DNA of 64,000 bases from NCBI GenBank assembly GCA_043764155.1, contig JAYUKW010000031.1:71439-135438 (forward strand), in the 5' to 3' direction. A program made the position numbers and the translations under genes. Below are positions 57,063 to 64,000 of this stretch, one piece after another (position 1 is the first letter of the stretch; the number at the start of each line of letters is the position of its first letter). The notes beneath the pieces are model-generated. The model was not told the origin of the DNA, searched no databases, and worked only from the letters and a program-made list of their open reading frames with translations. The stretch is from Bdellovibrionales bacterium (GTDB lineage: Bacteria; Bdellovibrionota; Bdellovibrionia; Bdellovibrionales; UBA1609).

Positions 57063-58034
57063 ATGATTAAATATTATTTATCCCTGAACGATAAACTTGT
57101 TGAATCTGAAACAAAGCCCAAAAGCCTTGAAAATTTAGTTTGGGTGGATATGAATTATCCGTCGAACCAAGAAGAACACGAGGTCGAATCATTAATTTCA
57201 ATTGAAACACCGACCCGAGAAAAAATGTCGGAAATTGAAGTTTCAAGTCGACTTTATGTTGAGAAAGGTACTATATACACGACATCTACTTTAATAACTA
57301 ATTTTGAAAAAGAGATCCCAGAATCTCATTCTGTAACTTTTATTTTTAAAGATAAAATTCTGATTACAGTTAGGTATTCAGAGCCAAAATCTTTTGTCTT
57401 ATTTTTAAGCCGATGCTCTAAGCACCAACAAATCCCTATTCATTCCGGTGTAGATGTCTTTATTGGTATTACAGAAGCGATCATTGATCGCTTATCTGAT
57501 GCCTTAGAATTAATTGGACGTGAATTAGACCTAACATCTATTGGTGTTTTTCAAAAAACTTCAAATGAAAAACGTAAAGGATCAAACGATCTTCAAGAGC
57601 TGTTAAGAAAAATTGGAAGGTTTGGTGATCTAAATGGTAAATTAAGAGAAAGCTTACTGACTCTGTCTAGGCAGATGAGTTATTTAATTTTAGTTGGTGG
57701 AAAAAATAAACAAGAGCACATCGAAGACCTTGAAACCTATGTTAAAGATATTAGTGCCTTAAGTGAACATACCAACTATGTTTCCAGTCGTATTAATATT
57801 CTTTTAGATGCTATTTTAGGAATGATTAATATTGAACAAAATGCCATAATTAAATTCTTTTCAGTCGCAGCAGTTATATTTCTTCCTCCTACATTAATCG
57901 CGAGTGTCTACGGAATGAATTTTAATCATATGCCTGAACTTGATTGGCATTTAGGATACCCATTAGCTGTTAGCTTGATGCTTCTATCTGGTATTGGTCC
58001 TTATCTCTATTTTAAAAAACAAAGATGGTTTTAA
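57063..58034 (+). CDS. corA: CorA-family magnesium/cobalt transporter
   Basis: YGMNF signature before the last TM helix. Two C-terminal TM helices. Confidence 0.9.
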   Translation: MIKYYLSLNDKLVESETKPKSLENLVWVDMNYPSNQEEHEVESLISIETPTREKMSEIEVSSRLYVEKGTIYTTSTLITNFEKEIPESHSVTFIFKDKILITVRYSEPKSFVLFLSRCSKHQQIPIHSGVDVFIGITEAIIDRLSDALELIGRELDLTSIGVFQKTSNEKRKGSNDLQELLRKIGRFGDLNGKLRESLLTLSRQMSYLILVGGKNKQEHIEDLETYVKDISALSEHTNYVSSRINILLDAILGMINIEQNAIIKFFSVAAVIFLPPTLIASVYGMNFNHMPELDWHLGYPLAVSLMLLSGIGPYLYFKKQRWF

Positions 58035-58403
58035 CTAAAATTCAATTTTGGTTATTTCAGGAAGACTGATTGAAGATATGTCTACAGTTTTTGCTTGGTT
58101 TAAATCATCACAAATTTTAAATTTGTCATTTAAAAAAGTTTCAAGTAACCGTTTATATTCTAATCCCACATCACAAATCAAAACCCCATTTGGATTTTTT
58201 TCTGACAATTCTGACAAAGTTTCAACGAAGGAACTCATGCCCGTTGAACCAACAAAGTTAAGATCCTTAATTGAAAAAACAACTTTATTTTGAATAAAAT
58301 GACGTAAGCTTTTTTTTCTAAACTCAAAGGCCTTATCGAAGTCTAAAGTCCCTGAAAGCTTAACCACAATGACCTCATTATCCCACTCAATAATTGCTTC
58401 CAT
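58035..58403 (-). CDS. STAS-domain protein (anti-sigma-factor antagonist-like)
   Basis: LSGTLDFDKAFEFRKK...DLNFVGSTGMSSFVETL is a SpoIIAA-like pattern. 122 aa. Confidence 0.7.
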   Translation of the reverse strand: MEAIIEWDNEVIVVKLSGTLDFDKAFEFRKKSLRHFIQNKVVFSIKDLNFVGSTGMSSFVETLSELSEKNPNGVLICDVGLEYKRLLETFLNDKFKICDDLNQAKTVDISSISLPEITKIEF

Positions 58404-58532
58404 CTGGACCTCGTAGTTTCATTTTAGTTAAATTTAACAATCAATACAATTTTATGCCGTTTTTTCAGTCATAGATAGGCCGTAATGTGTTTTTCTAGCC
58501 CAAAATCAATTATTGGCTTTCTCAAACATTTA

Positions 58533-58658
58533 CTGACGTGCTTTGATATCAAGGTTTAGTTGCAAATGGCTTCGGGATAGTTGCTACTTGCTTTCGCACG
58601 CAATCACTGACGCACTTTAAACCCTGTTTATTAGCAAATGGCTGACGCACTTTAAACC
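58533..58658. promoter_or_regulatory. Three copies of the CTGACGyrCTTTrA... motif (two also followed by ...GCAAATGGCT) in the STAS/lptD divergent intergenic region
   Basis: An exact 17-mer CTGACGCACTTTAAACC occurs at 58607-58623 and 58642-58658. A degenerate unit is at 58533-58571. Regulatory function is assumed from position only. Confidence 0.5.
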
Positions 58659-58735
58659 TAGACTTTTGGTTTGTGATTTTTGAATAATTCTGAGAGTTTA
58701 AAGGATTATGTTACAGATATTAAAGTTTTAATATT

Positions 58736-61246
58736 TTGATTGATTTACTTCAAATAAATAATGAAGAGGAAAACATTAAATTGATTCAGAAATTAAAAAT
58801 CTATTTATTATTTTTTTTCTGGATCTTTTTTTCGAATCCTATCTTAGCACAAGAAAAACCAACTAAAAAATCTGCTTTTAAATCTGTAAATAAATCTACA
58901 GATCAACTTAAAAATAATCCGCCAGATAAACTAAAGGCTAAAATCTCTGATCCAGCTTCTAATAAACCAACTGACAAAATTAACGACATTATTTATCAAG
59001 CCGATGTCATTCAAGCCGATCTAGACACTGGTAAGGCCATTTTAAAAGGTAATGTTATTATTTATTTTGAGGGTTATAAATTAACAGCCCCAGAAGCCGA
59101 GATCATCAAAGCAGAATCTAGATTCACAGCCAAGGGCGGAGTAAAAATTGAAAACTTGATGACCCAAATGACAGCAGATCATGTTGAAATCTTTTTTGAT
59201 AACAACACTGGAATTTTAAAAAATGCCCGCATTGAGTCTGGACAAATGTTACTTGAAGCCAAAGAGATTCGAAAACTTGATAAAGATGTTTTTGAAGCGG
59301 ATAATTCTTATTTCACAACTTGCGTGACATGTCCCCCACTCTGGAGGTTTGGTGCCCGAAAAATTAAAGCCGATATCAACAAGTATGTGGATATCAGATG
59401 GGCTAATCTGCAAGCTGGAAAAATTCCGATTCTTTGGATTCCAAGATTAATATTACCTGTAAATACCAGAAGAAAAACGGGCTTACTGCCGCCGGCTCCT
59501 GTGTTTTCAACTTCAAGGGGTCAGTTCGGTTTAGAGCAAGGATATTTTTGGGCCATTGCAGACAATAAAGATCTCACGTTTACTCCAACTATTTATTCTA
59601 AGTCTGGCGTGAAATCTGTCTTTAATTATCGACACGTATTTGATTCTCAAAGTCGCGCTGAAATTAATTTTGGATATTTAAAAGACAATGATTTTGAAAC
59701 TTATGACTTCAACGATAATAAAGAAACAACCAGAATCTTGAACCGGTGGTTTATAGATTTTAAAAACCAACTTTACTTACCAAATAATTTTATTCAAAAA
59801 TCCAATATTAGACTTTTTAGTGATTTACTTTATCTTTCAGACTTTCCAAATGAAGTCCAAGGTCAAAGAGACGCCAATGTGGAAAATCAAATTTCTTTAA
59901 TTAAGAACGAAGGTAAAAACCACTTTTCATCAGAAATAGTTTACAATATAAATTTACTAACTGAAGATTTTAAATCCGATAATTTAAATGCAGTCCACAG
60001 AACTCCGCAACTTAGATATTCAAGACTGAATTCAATATTATTAAAAAACTTTAGATTTAGTTTTGATACCGAGTATAATAAATTTAGCCGAAAGGGTTTG
60101 TCTTTTGACAATGTTCAGCTTCCTACCTTTCCTGCAACAGAACTTCCTAACGGTTTACCTAAAGACATTTTAACTGCAGGCAATGGTACTTTTGACCCTT
60201 CTTCTGGATTAATCAGATCCGGACATAGACTTTTTGTTCAACCTAAAATAGTAGGCTCATTTAACTTAGGCAAAAATTTTATTTTATTACCAAAATTAAG
60301 TTTTAATCAGGCTCTCTATGCTTTCTCTCCAGAGTTTGATTCTGGTTTCGCGGCAAATACGGATAATCTTCCTTATTCGGAGTCAGCCAACAGATCTTAC
60401 ATTGAAAGCGAACTTGAAATTAAAACTAAATTTTCAAAAGTTTTAAATGAAAACTGGAAGCATATTATTGAGCCTTCCATGTCCTACATTTACGGTGATT
60501 TATTATATGAAACGGACCATTTATTTTTTCAAGGGCCTAAAGGCTTGCCCTACTACAGAAGATTTCAGCCAATTAATGACTTAGACTTTTTTGATTATAA
60601 TCATGGTATTCAATTCGATTACTATGACAGAATCGAAGACACTCAAATAGTAAAATTCAGCTTACTTCAAACTTTACTTAGAAAAGACAAGACTTCGGAT
60701 GTCAGTTATTACAGCCAACCTGTCTTTTTTGAATTGTCTCAAAACTATGATTATTTAAACGCGAGAACAGCTAACCCCGACGCCTGGTCTACATTAAATG
60801 CATTAGTTAAGATTAAAACAAAACACATTGAAACCTTCACTCAAGCCGCCCATTTTCATAAAATCAAAGAGACCAATATTTCTACAAGATCTAAATACAT
60901 TTTTAAATCTGGAAATTTTTTATCTGCAAGCTACAAGAAAAATAATTTAATCAGTCGAACAAATGAAGTGGAGCTTCAGCAAGAATTTTTTGGAGCGGGA
61001 TTAGGATTAAAACTCCCATCAATAAGTTTATCTGGGGAACTTTTGTATTCGACTTATGATGATGAAATCCAGCAATGGCAAATGCGTGTTGGATATTCGC
61101 CGCCAGGTGAGTGTCTTGATATTTTCTTTAATGTTTATGACAACATCGATCGTCGACAAGCCAATACACCAGATATTAAATTTCAAATCACTTGGAACTT
61201 TGGCCAAGGCAATGAACGCCCTGCCGACATCCAAGCCGTCTTTTAA
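58736..61246 (+). CDS. lptD: LPS-assembly outer-membrane protein LptD (OstA family)
   Basis: OstA-N-like segment (ADVIQADLDTGKAILKGNVIIYFEGYKLTA) and a large C-terminal beta-barrel. There is no ATG start: candidates are TTG 58736 or, more plausibly, TTG 58781 after GAGGA, which gives signal peptide IQKLKIYLLFFFWIFFSNPILA. Confidence 0.85.
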   Translation: MIDLLQINNEEENIKLIQKLKIYLLFFFWIFFSNPILAQEKPTKKSAFKSVNKSTDQLKNNPPDKLKAKISDPASNKPTDKINDIIYQADVIQADLDTGKAILKGNVIIYFEGYKLTAPEAEIIKAESRFTAKGGVKIENLMTQMTADHVEIFFDNNTGILKNARIESGQMLLEAKEIRKLDKDVFEADNSYFTTCVTCPPLWRFGARKIKADINKYVDIRWANLQAGKIPILWIPRLILPVNTRRKTGLLPPAPVFSTSRGQFGLEQGYFWAIADNKDLTFTPTIYSKSGVKSVFNYRHVFDSQSRAEINFGYLKDNDFETYDFNDNKETTRILNRWFIDFKNQLYLPNNFIQKSNIRLFSDLLYLSDFPNEVQGQRDANVENQISLIKNEGKNHFSSEIVYNINLLTEDFKSDNLNAVHRTPQLRYSRLNSILLKNFRFSFDTEYNKFSRKGLSFDNVQLPTFPATELPNGLPKDILTAGNGTFDPSSGLIRSGHRLFVQPKIVGSFNLGKNFILLPKLSFNQALYAFSPEFDSGFAANTDNLPYSESANRSYIESELEIKTKFSKVLNENWKHIIEPSMSYIYGDLLYETDHLFFQGPKGLPYYRRFQPINDLDFFDYNHGIQFDYYDRIEDTQIVKFSLLQTLLRKDKTSDVSYYSQPVFFELSQNYDYLNARTANPDAWSTLNALVKIKTKHIETFTQAAHFHKIKETNISTRSKYIFKSGNFLSASYKKNNLISRTNEVELQQEFFGAGLGLKLPSISLSGELLYSTYDDEIQQWQMRVGYSPPGECLDIFFNVYDNIDRRQANTPDIKFQITWNFGQGNERPADIQAVF

Positions 61247-61251
61247 TGCTT

Positions 61252-61394
61252 TAGATTAAGTTTTAACTTTATAAGTTATGTAATAAATAAACTAAGCGAA
61301 GCGAGTGTCACTCGCCTTGCAAAAAAACGGCAAGGCTTCGCGCCATCGAGCTTAGTTTTTTTATTACATAACTTAAAAGTTAAAACTTAATCTA
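61252..61394. repeat. Giant hairpin element, copy C (about 46-nt arms plus a diverged conserved core)
   Basis: Arms 61252-61297 / 61350-61394 (1 indel, 1 mismatch). Core GAAGCGAGTGTCACTCGCCTTGCAAAAAAACGGCAAGGCTTCGCGCCATCGA. Starts 6 nt after the lptD stop. Confidence 0.85.
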
Positions 61395-61634
61395 TAGAAT
61401 TAAAATCTACGTCTTATTATTAGTTAACTTAAGCCAAAACCGTCGGCTAATTTCTTTTGTATTTCTTTAAATCTATTTATCTTTAAAAGAACCCATGGTT
61501 TTGGACAAAGTTACTTCATTGTTCGTTACGAAGGAAAGATAAGGTAAAACAATATTGTTATTGCACTGATTAAATCTTTAGATCGAAGAGCGTTGTTTGG
61601 TTTTTTATTTTTACTAAATCTACTTTTAAAAACT

Positions 61635-61646
61635 GGGGGGGGGGGG
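61635..61646. repeat. G12 homopolymer tract
   Basis: Twelve consecutive G in an AT-rich intergenic region, 48 nt upstream of ATG 61694. Confidence 0.9.
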
Positions 61647-61693
61647 CAAATGTGACGCGTTTAGAACTTATTTGGTTGGCTTTTAAATAAGAA

Positions 61694-62872
61694 ATGAGTA
61701 TCTTTCAGCAGATGTTCAATTCTGAATTAAAAAAACTAAAGCCAATATTTTGGGTTATTCATTTATTTTTCTTGTTTAGTTATTCTTTTTTGAAAGCGAA
61801 TGACTGTACTTATTATCTGTTCGATTCCAAAGTTCCTACTCACAGAACGATGTTGCCTGCTGAATTTATCGAAGTATTAAAAACTCATCGAATAAACAAT
61901 TTAAGTCATACAATTGGTGGAGGAAAGGGATATGCTTTTAATATTTTACACTACGCTAAAGATGGAATCATTAACCGGTCTAACATTGCTTATCTAGGTG
62001 AAACAAACCAAGCTGATTTCACGGCTAAAGTAATGCAAAAGCTATTTCCATTGGCAGATTTTCCTCATAATCCAAAAATTAAAGAAAATATCACCAAGGG
62101 GCAAATCTATATTTTAATTCAAGACAGCTATTACAAACATGATAATTTTATGCCTTTTGAGTTAAGTATGCCGTTGATAAAAAGTGCTAACCCACTAATT
62201 TCTGAAGAGGAGGATGGATTATTAAAATCGTTACTTTCCCTAAGTCCTGAAGATAAGGTTGTAAGTGTTTATGGGACTTTGACTTCCTCTGAAAAAATTA
62301 ATGGAGGTGGCAATAATACTGTATCTCCTAATTTAATCGTTTCATCAATTTTAGAGGCGGATATAAAAGTAGCTTTAGTAGTTCTTTCGAGACAGAGTGG
62401 TCGGTATCCAGAATTCGATTTAGAAAATCTAAAAAATAGTGGTGTTTCAGTTTATTTCCTGAGTGAGATTCTTGAAAATAAAAGGAGCAGTCTCTTCCTT
62501 CCTGCTGTTATACTCAATGATACAACAGGTCGAATGCCTTTGATCTATGGCTCTGCTGATTTAGCATTTAGTATTGGTCCAGTTAATTTTTTTGAAGGAC
62601 TGTTACATAAAATACCCACAATTATTCTTCAAGGCGAGTTAAATGGATACAGTAAGCACACATTTTTCAAATCAGTTTCACTTGCTAAGAAAACTAATGG
62701 AGCTTTGTTCGCTGATAACTTGGAAAATATAGCTGAATTAATTTTGAAAGCTGAAATGATTGATCAATCACAAATATTACCTGCTTATTTAATCAAAGAT
62801 ATCGATGGTCAAAATTCAGTAGTTAGATATTTGGATAGACTTTATGAAATTGTCACTTCGCAATTAAAGTAA
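61694..62872 (+). CDS. Hypothetical protein, possibly a GT-B glycosyltransferase (WaaA-like C-terminal motif)
   Basis: LNDTTGRMPLIYGSADLAFSIG resembles the DTMGEL..LY..ADVAFVGG block of Kdo transferases. N-terminal TM helix. Lies next to lptD. Confidence 0.35.
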   Translation: MSIFQQMFNSELKKLKPIFWVIHLFFLFSYSFLKANDCTYYLFDSKVPTHRTMLPAEFIEVLKTHRINNLSHTIGGGKGYAFNILHYAKDGIINRSNIAYLGETNQADFTAKVMQKLFPLADFPHNPKIKENITKGQIYILIQDSYYKHDNFMPFELSMPLIKSANPLISEEEDGLLKSLLSLSPEDKVVSVYGTLTSSEKINGGGNNTVSPNLIVSSILEADIKVALVVLSRQSGRYPEFDLENLKNSGVSVYFLSEILENKRSSLFLPAVILNDTTGRMPLIYGSADLAFSIGPVNFFEGLLHKIPTIILQGELNGYSKHTFFKSVSLAKKTNGALFADNLENIAELILKAEMIDQSQILPAYLIKDIDGQNSVVRYLDRLYEIVTSQLK

Positions 62873-62983
62873 TAATATATCTTGATTTTATGAGATTGGA
62901 ATTCCTCAAAAATTTAGGAGTAAAATTTTTGGGGAATTCCAGTACTAATCTGGACAACAGACTTAAAAAAATTCTAATTAATT

Positions 62984-63718
62984 TTAGCCGACGGTGGCGT
63001 AGACGCGGTGGGAATCCCCATGATCTTCCAGTTTATTTAAGAATTCATAGACTTCTGTTTTTTGAACTTCGCTCAAGTCCATAAGGTTTTTTGGTTTGTA
63101 GGACAATTCTGCAACTTTAACGTTCCAGCCTCTTTGACTTAAGACATCTCTAACTTGTCCTAACTCATCGGAAACGGTAAAAAATGCTGCAAGTTTAATT
63201 GACGAATCTATATTGGTGCCTTCATTAGTCTCGACAAGTTCAACGTCATTAGCCCCAGCTTCGATGGCTTCTTCGTCTAAGTCAAAAGCTCCTTTTTTTT
63301 CAGCTTCAATTAAACCTATGCGGTCAAACATCCACCCTACGGCGCCGGACTCGCCCATTTGGCCGCCGGATTTATTAAACATTAAGCGCATTTCAGAGGC
63401 CGTTCTAGCCCTATTATCTGTTTGGCATTCGACCATCACACCGACTTGGTGGGGTCCGTAGCCTTCGTAAGTTAAGTTTTCAATCTCTTTGCCGTCATCC
63501 AGCAAACCGGCTCCGCGCTTGATTGCTTTTTCAATAGTATCTTTAGGACAAGACGCCGCTTTTGCTATATCAACAGCCAATCTTAAGCGAATGTTAGTGT
63601 TGGGGTCTATGCCTCCAAGCTTTGCGGCCACTTGAATCTCTTTGACGAATTTTGTGAATATAGCACCGCGCTTCGACGCCATTTCTGCTTTAGAATCTTT
63701 CTTCCATTGCTTACCCAT
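62984..63718 (-). CDS. yebC: YebC/PmpR-family DNA-binding regulator
   Basis: MGKQWKKDSKAEMASKRGAIFTKFVKEIQVAAKLGG...NIRLRLAVDIAKAASCPKDTIEKAIKRG is a typical YebC N-terminus. Confidence 0.9.
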   Translation of the reverse strand: MGKQWKKDSKAEMASKRGAIFTKFVKEIQVAAKLGGIDPNTNIRLRLAVDIAKAASCPKDTIEKAIKRGAGLLDDGKEIENLTYEGYGPHQVGVMVECQTDNRARTASEMRLMFNKSGGQMGESGAVGWMFDRIGLIEAEKKGAFDLDEEAIEAGANDVELVETNEGTNIDSSIKLAAFFTVSDELGQVRDVLSQRGWNVKVAELSYKPKNLMDLSEVQKTEVYEFLNKLEDHGDSHRVYATVG

Positions 63719-63732
63719 AATTACCTCTTAAA

Positions 63733-64000
63733 TCACTTTTTCAAACTTGATGTTAAAACCGACTGACTTGCTAAAATCTGAAACGCCTGAGCATAGTATT
63801 TAATCTGTTTGATCATACTGTTAAGGCCATTTGTTCTACTCGCGGATAAATGATGCGCAAGCTCTGTTTTGTCTATGAAAAACAGCTCTGTATTTAATAT
63901 TTCTTTAGCCGACTGATCATCATAAACCCTTAAGAGTAAAGCCACTAAACCCTTAACAATTAAAGCATCGCTGTCGGCTTGAAGATGAACATTCCCCTTT
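63733..64000 (-). CDS. sufE: SufE/CsdE-like sulfur-acceptor protein (5' end outside the window)
   Basis: The reading frame is open to the window edge. ADSDALIVKGLVALLLRVYDD...HLSASRTNGLNSMIKQIK matches the SufE pattern. Confidence 0.65.
   Translation of the reverse strand, partial: KGNVHLQADSDALIVKGLVALLLRVYDDQSAKEILNTELFFIDKTELAHHLSASRTNGLNSMIKQIKYYAQAFQILASQSVLTSSLKK

Noticed and set aside
58533-58658. Checked whether the repeated units, or any other region of the window, form a CRISPR array
   Set aside because: There are only two exact and one degenerate unit, with irregular spacing, no palindromic repeat structure and no cas genes. No CRISPR-like array was seen anywhere in the window.
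62890-63084. 64-aa plus-strand ORF overlapping the yebC 3' end
   Set aside because: It overlaps a confidently called gene on the opposite strand and has no motif.

Overview
This is an AT-rich bacterial chromosomal window (roughly mid-30s % GC by eye) and is densely coding. Taxonomy cannot be established without a search; the secreted-protein-rich, GYF/PilZ-containing gene content only loosely suggests a Bdellovibrio/Bacteriovorax-like organism.

Housekeeping genes recognised from motifs:
- yceD-rpmF-fabH-fabD-fabG-acpP-fabF-rpiB, with no plsX
- glyA, lipB, dnaE
- guaB-guaA, a gamma-CA-like LbH protein, miaB
- thiolase plus scoA/scoB
- argS, a VKOR-thioredoxin fusion, corA, a STAS protein, lptD, yebC, and a partial sufE

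Accessory content:
- A degraded integrative-island-like segment (about 1-4260) carries an HTH protein, an overlapping HepT(HEPN)/MntA pair in inverted gene order, a short tyrosine recombinase and a frameshifted DUF4160/DUF2442 pair.
- A four-gene minus-strand operon (two unknown genes plus Phd/ParE) is wedged between rpiB and glyA.
- A tRNA-Val(GAC) with an unusual C33 is followed by orphan genes.
- An RND pump and TolC-like gene pair has no adaptor gene.
- One rve-type IS lies next to a solo copy of its own right end.
- Three tandem pseudopilin-like paralogs have Cys-rich C-terminal domains.
- A G12 tract lies upstream of a putative glycosyltransferase.

The most unusual signal is non-coding. 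It is a family of giant hairpin elements, placed directly after stop codons at 15129-15519, 35018-35190 and 61252-61394, with a possible minimal form at 1697-1759. Each has long AT-rich arms that differ between loci, clamped around a conserved, partly non-palindromic core of about 52 nt. The apical stem of that core shows compensatory base changes between copies. At 15.1-15.5 kb, one complete element sits inside the apical loop of another.

All family names come from motif recognition by eye. No database search was run.
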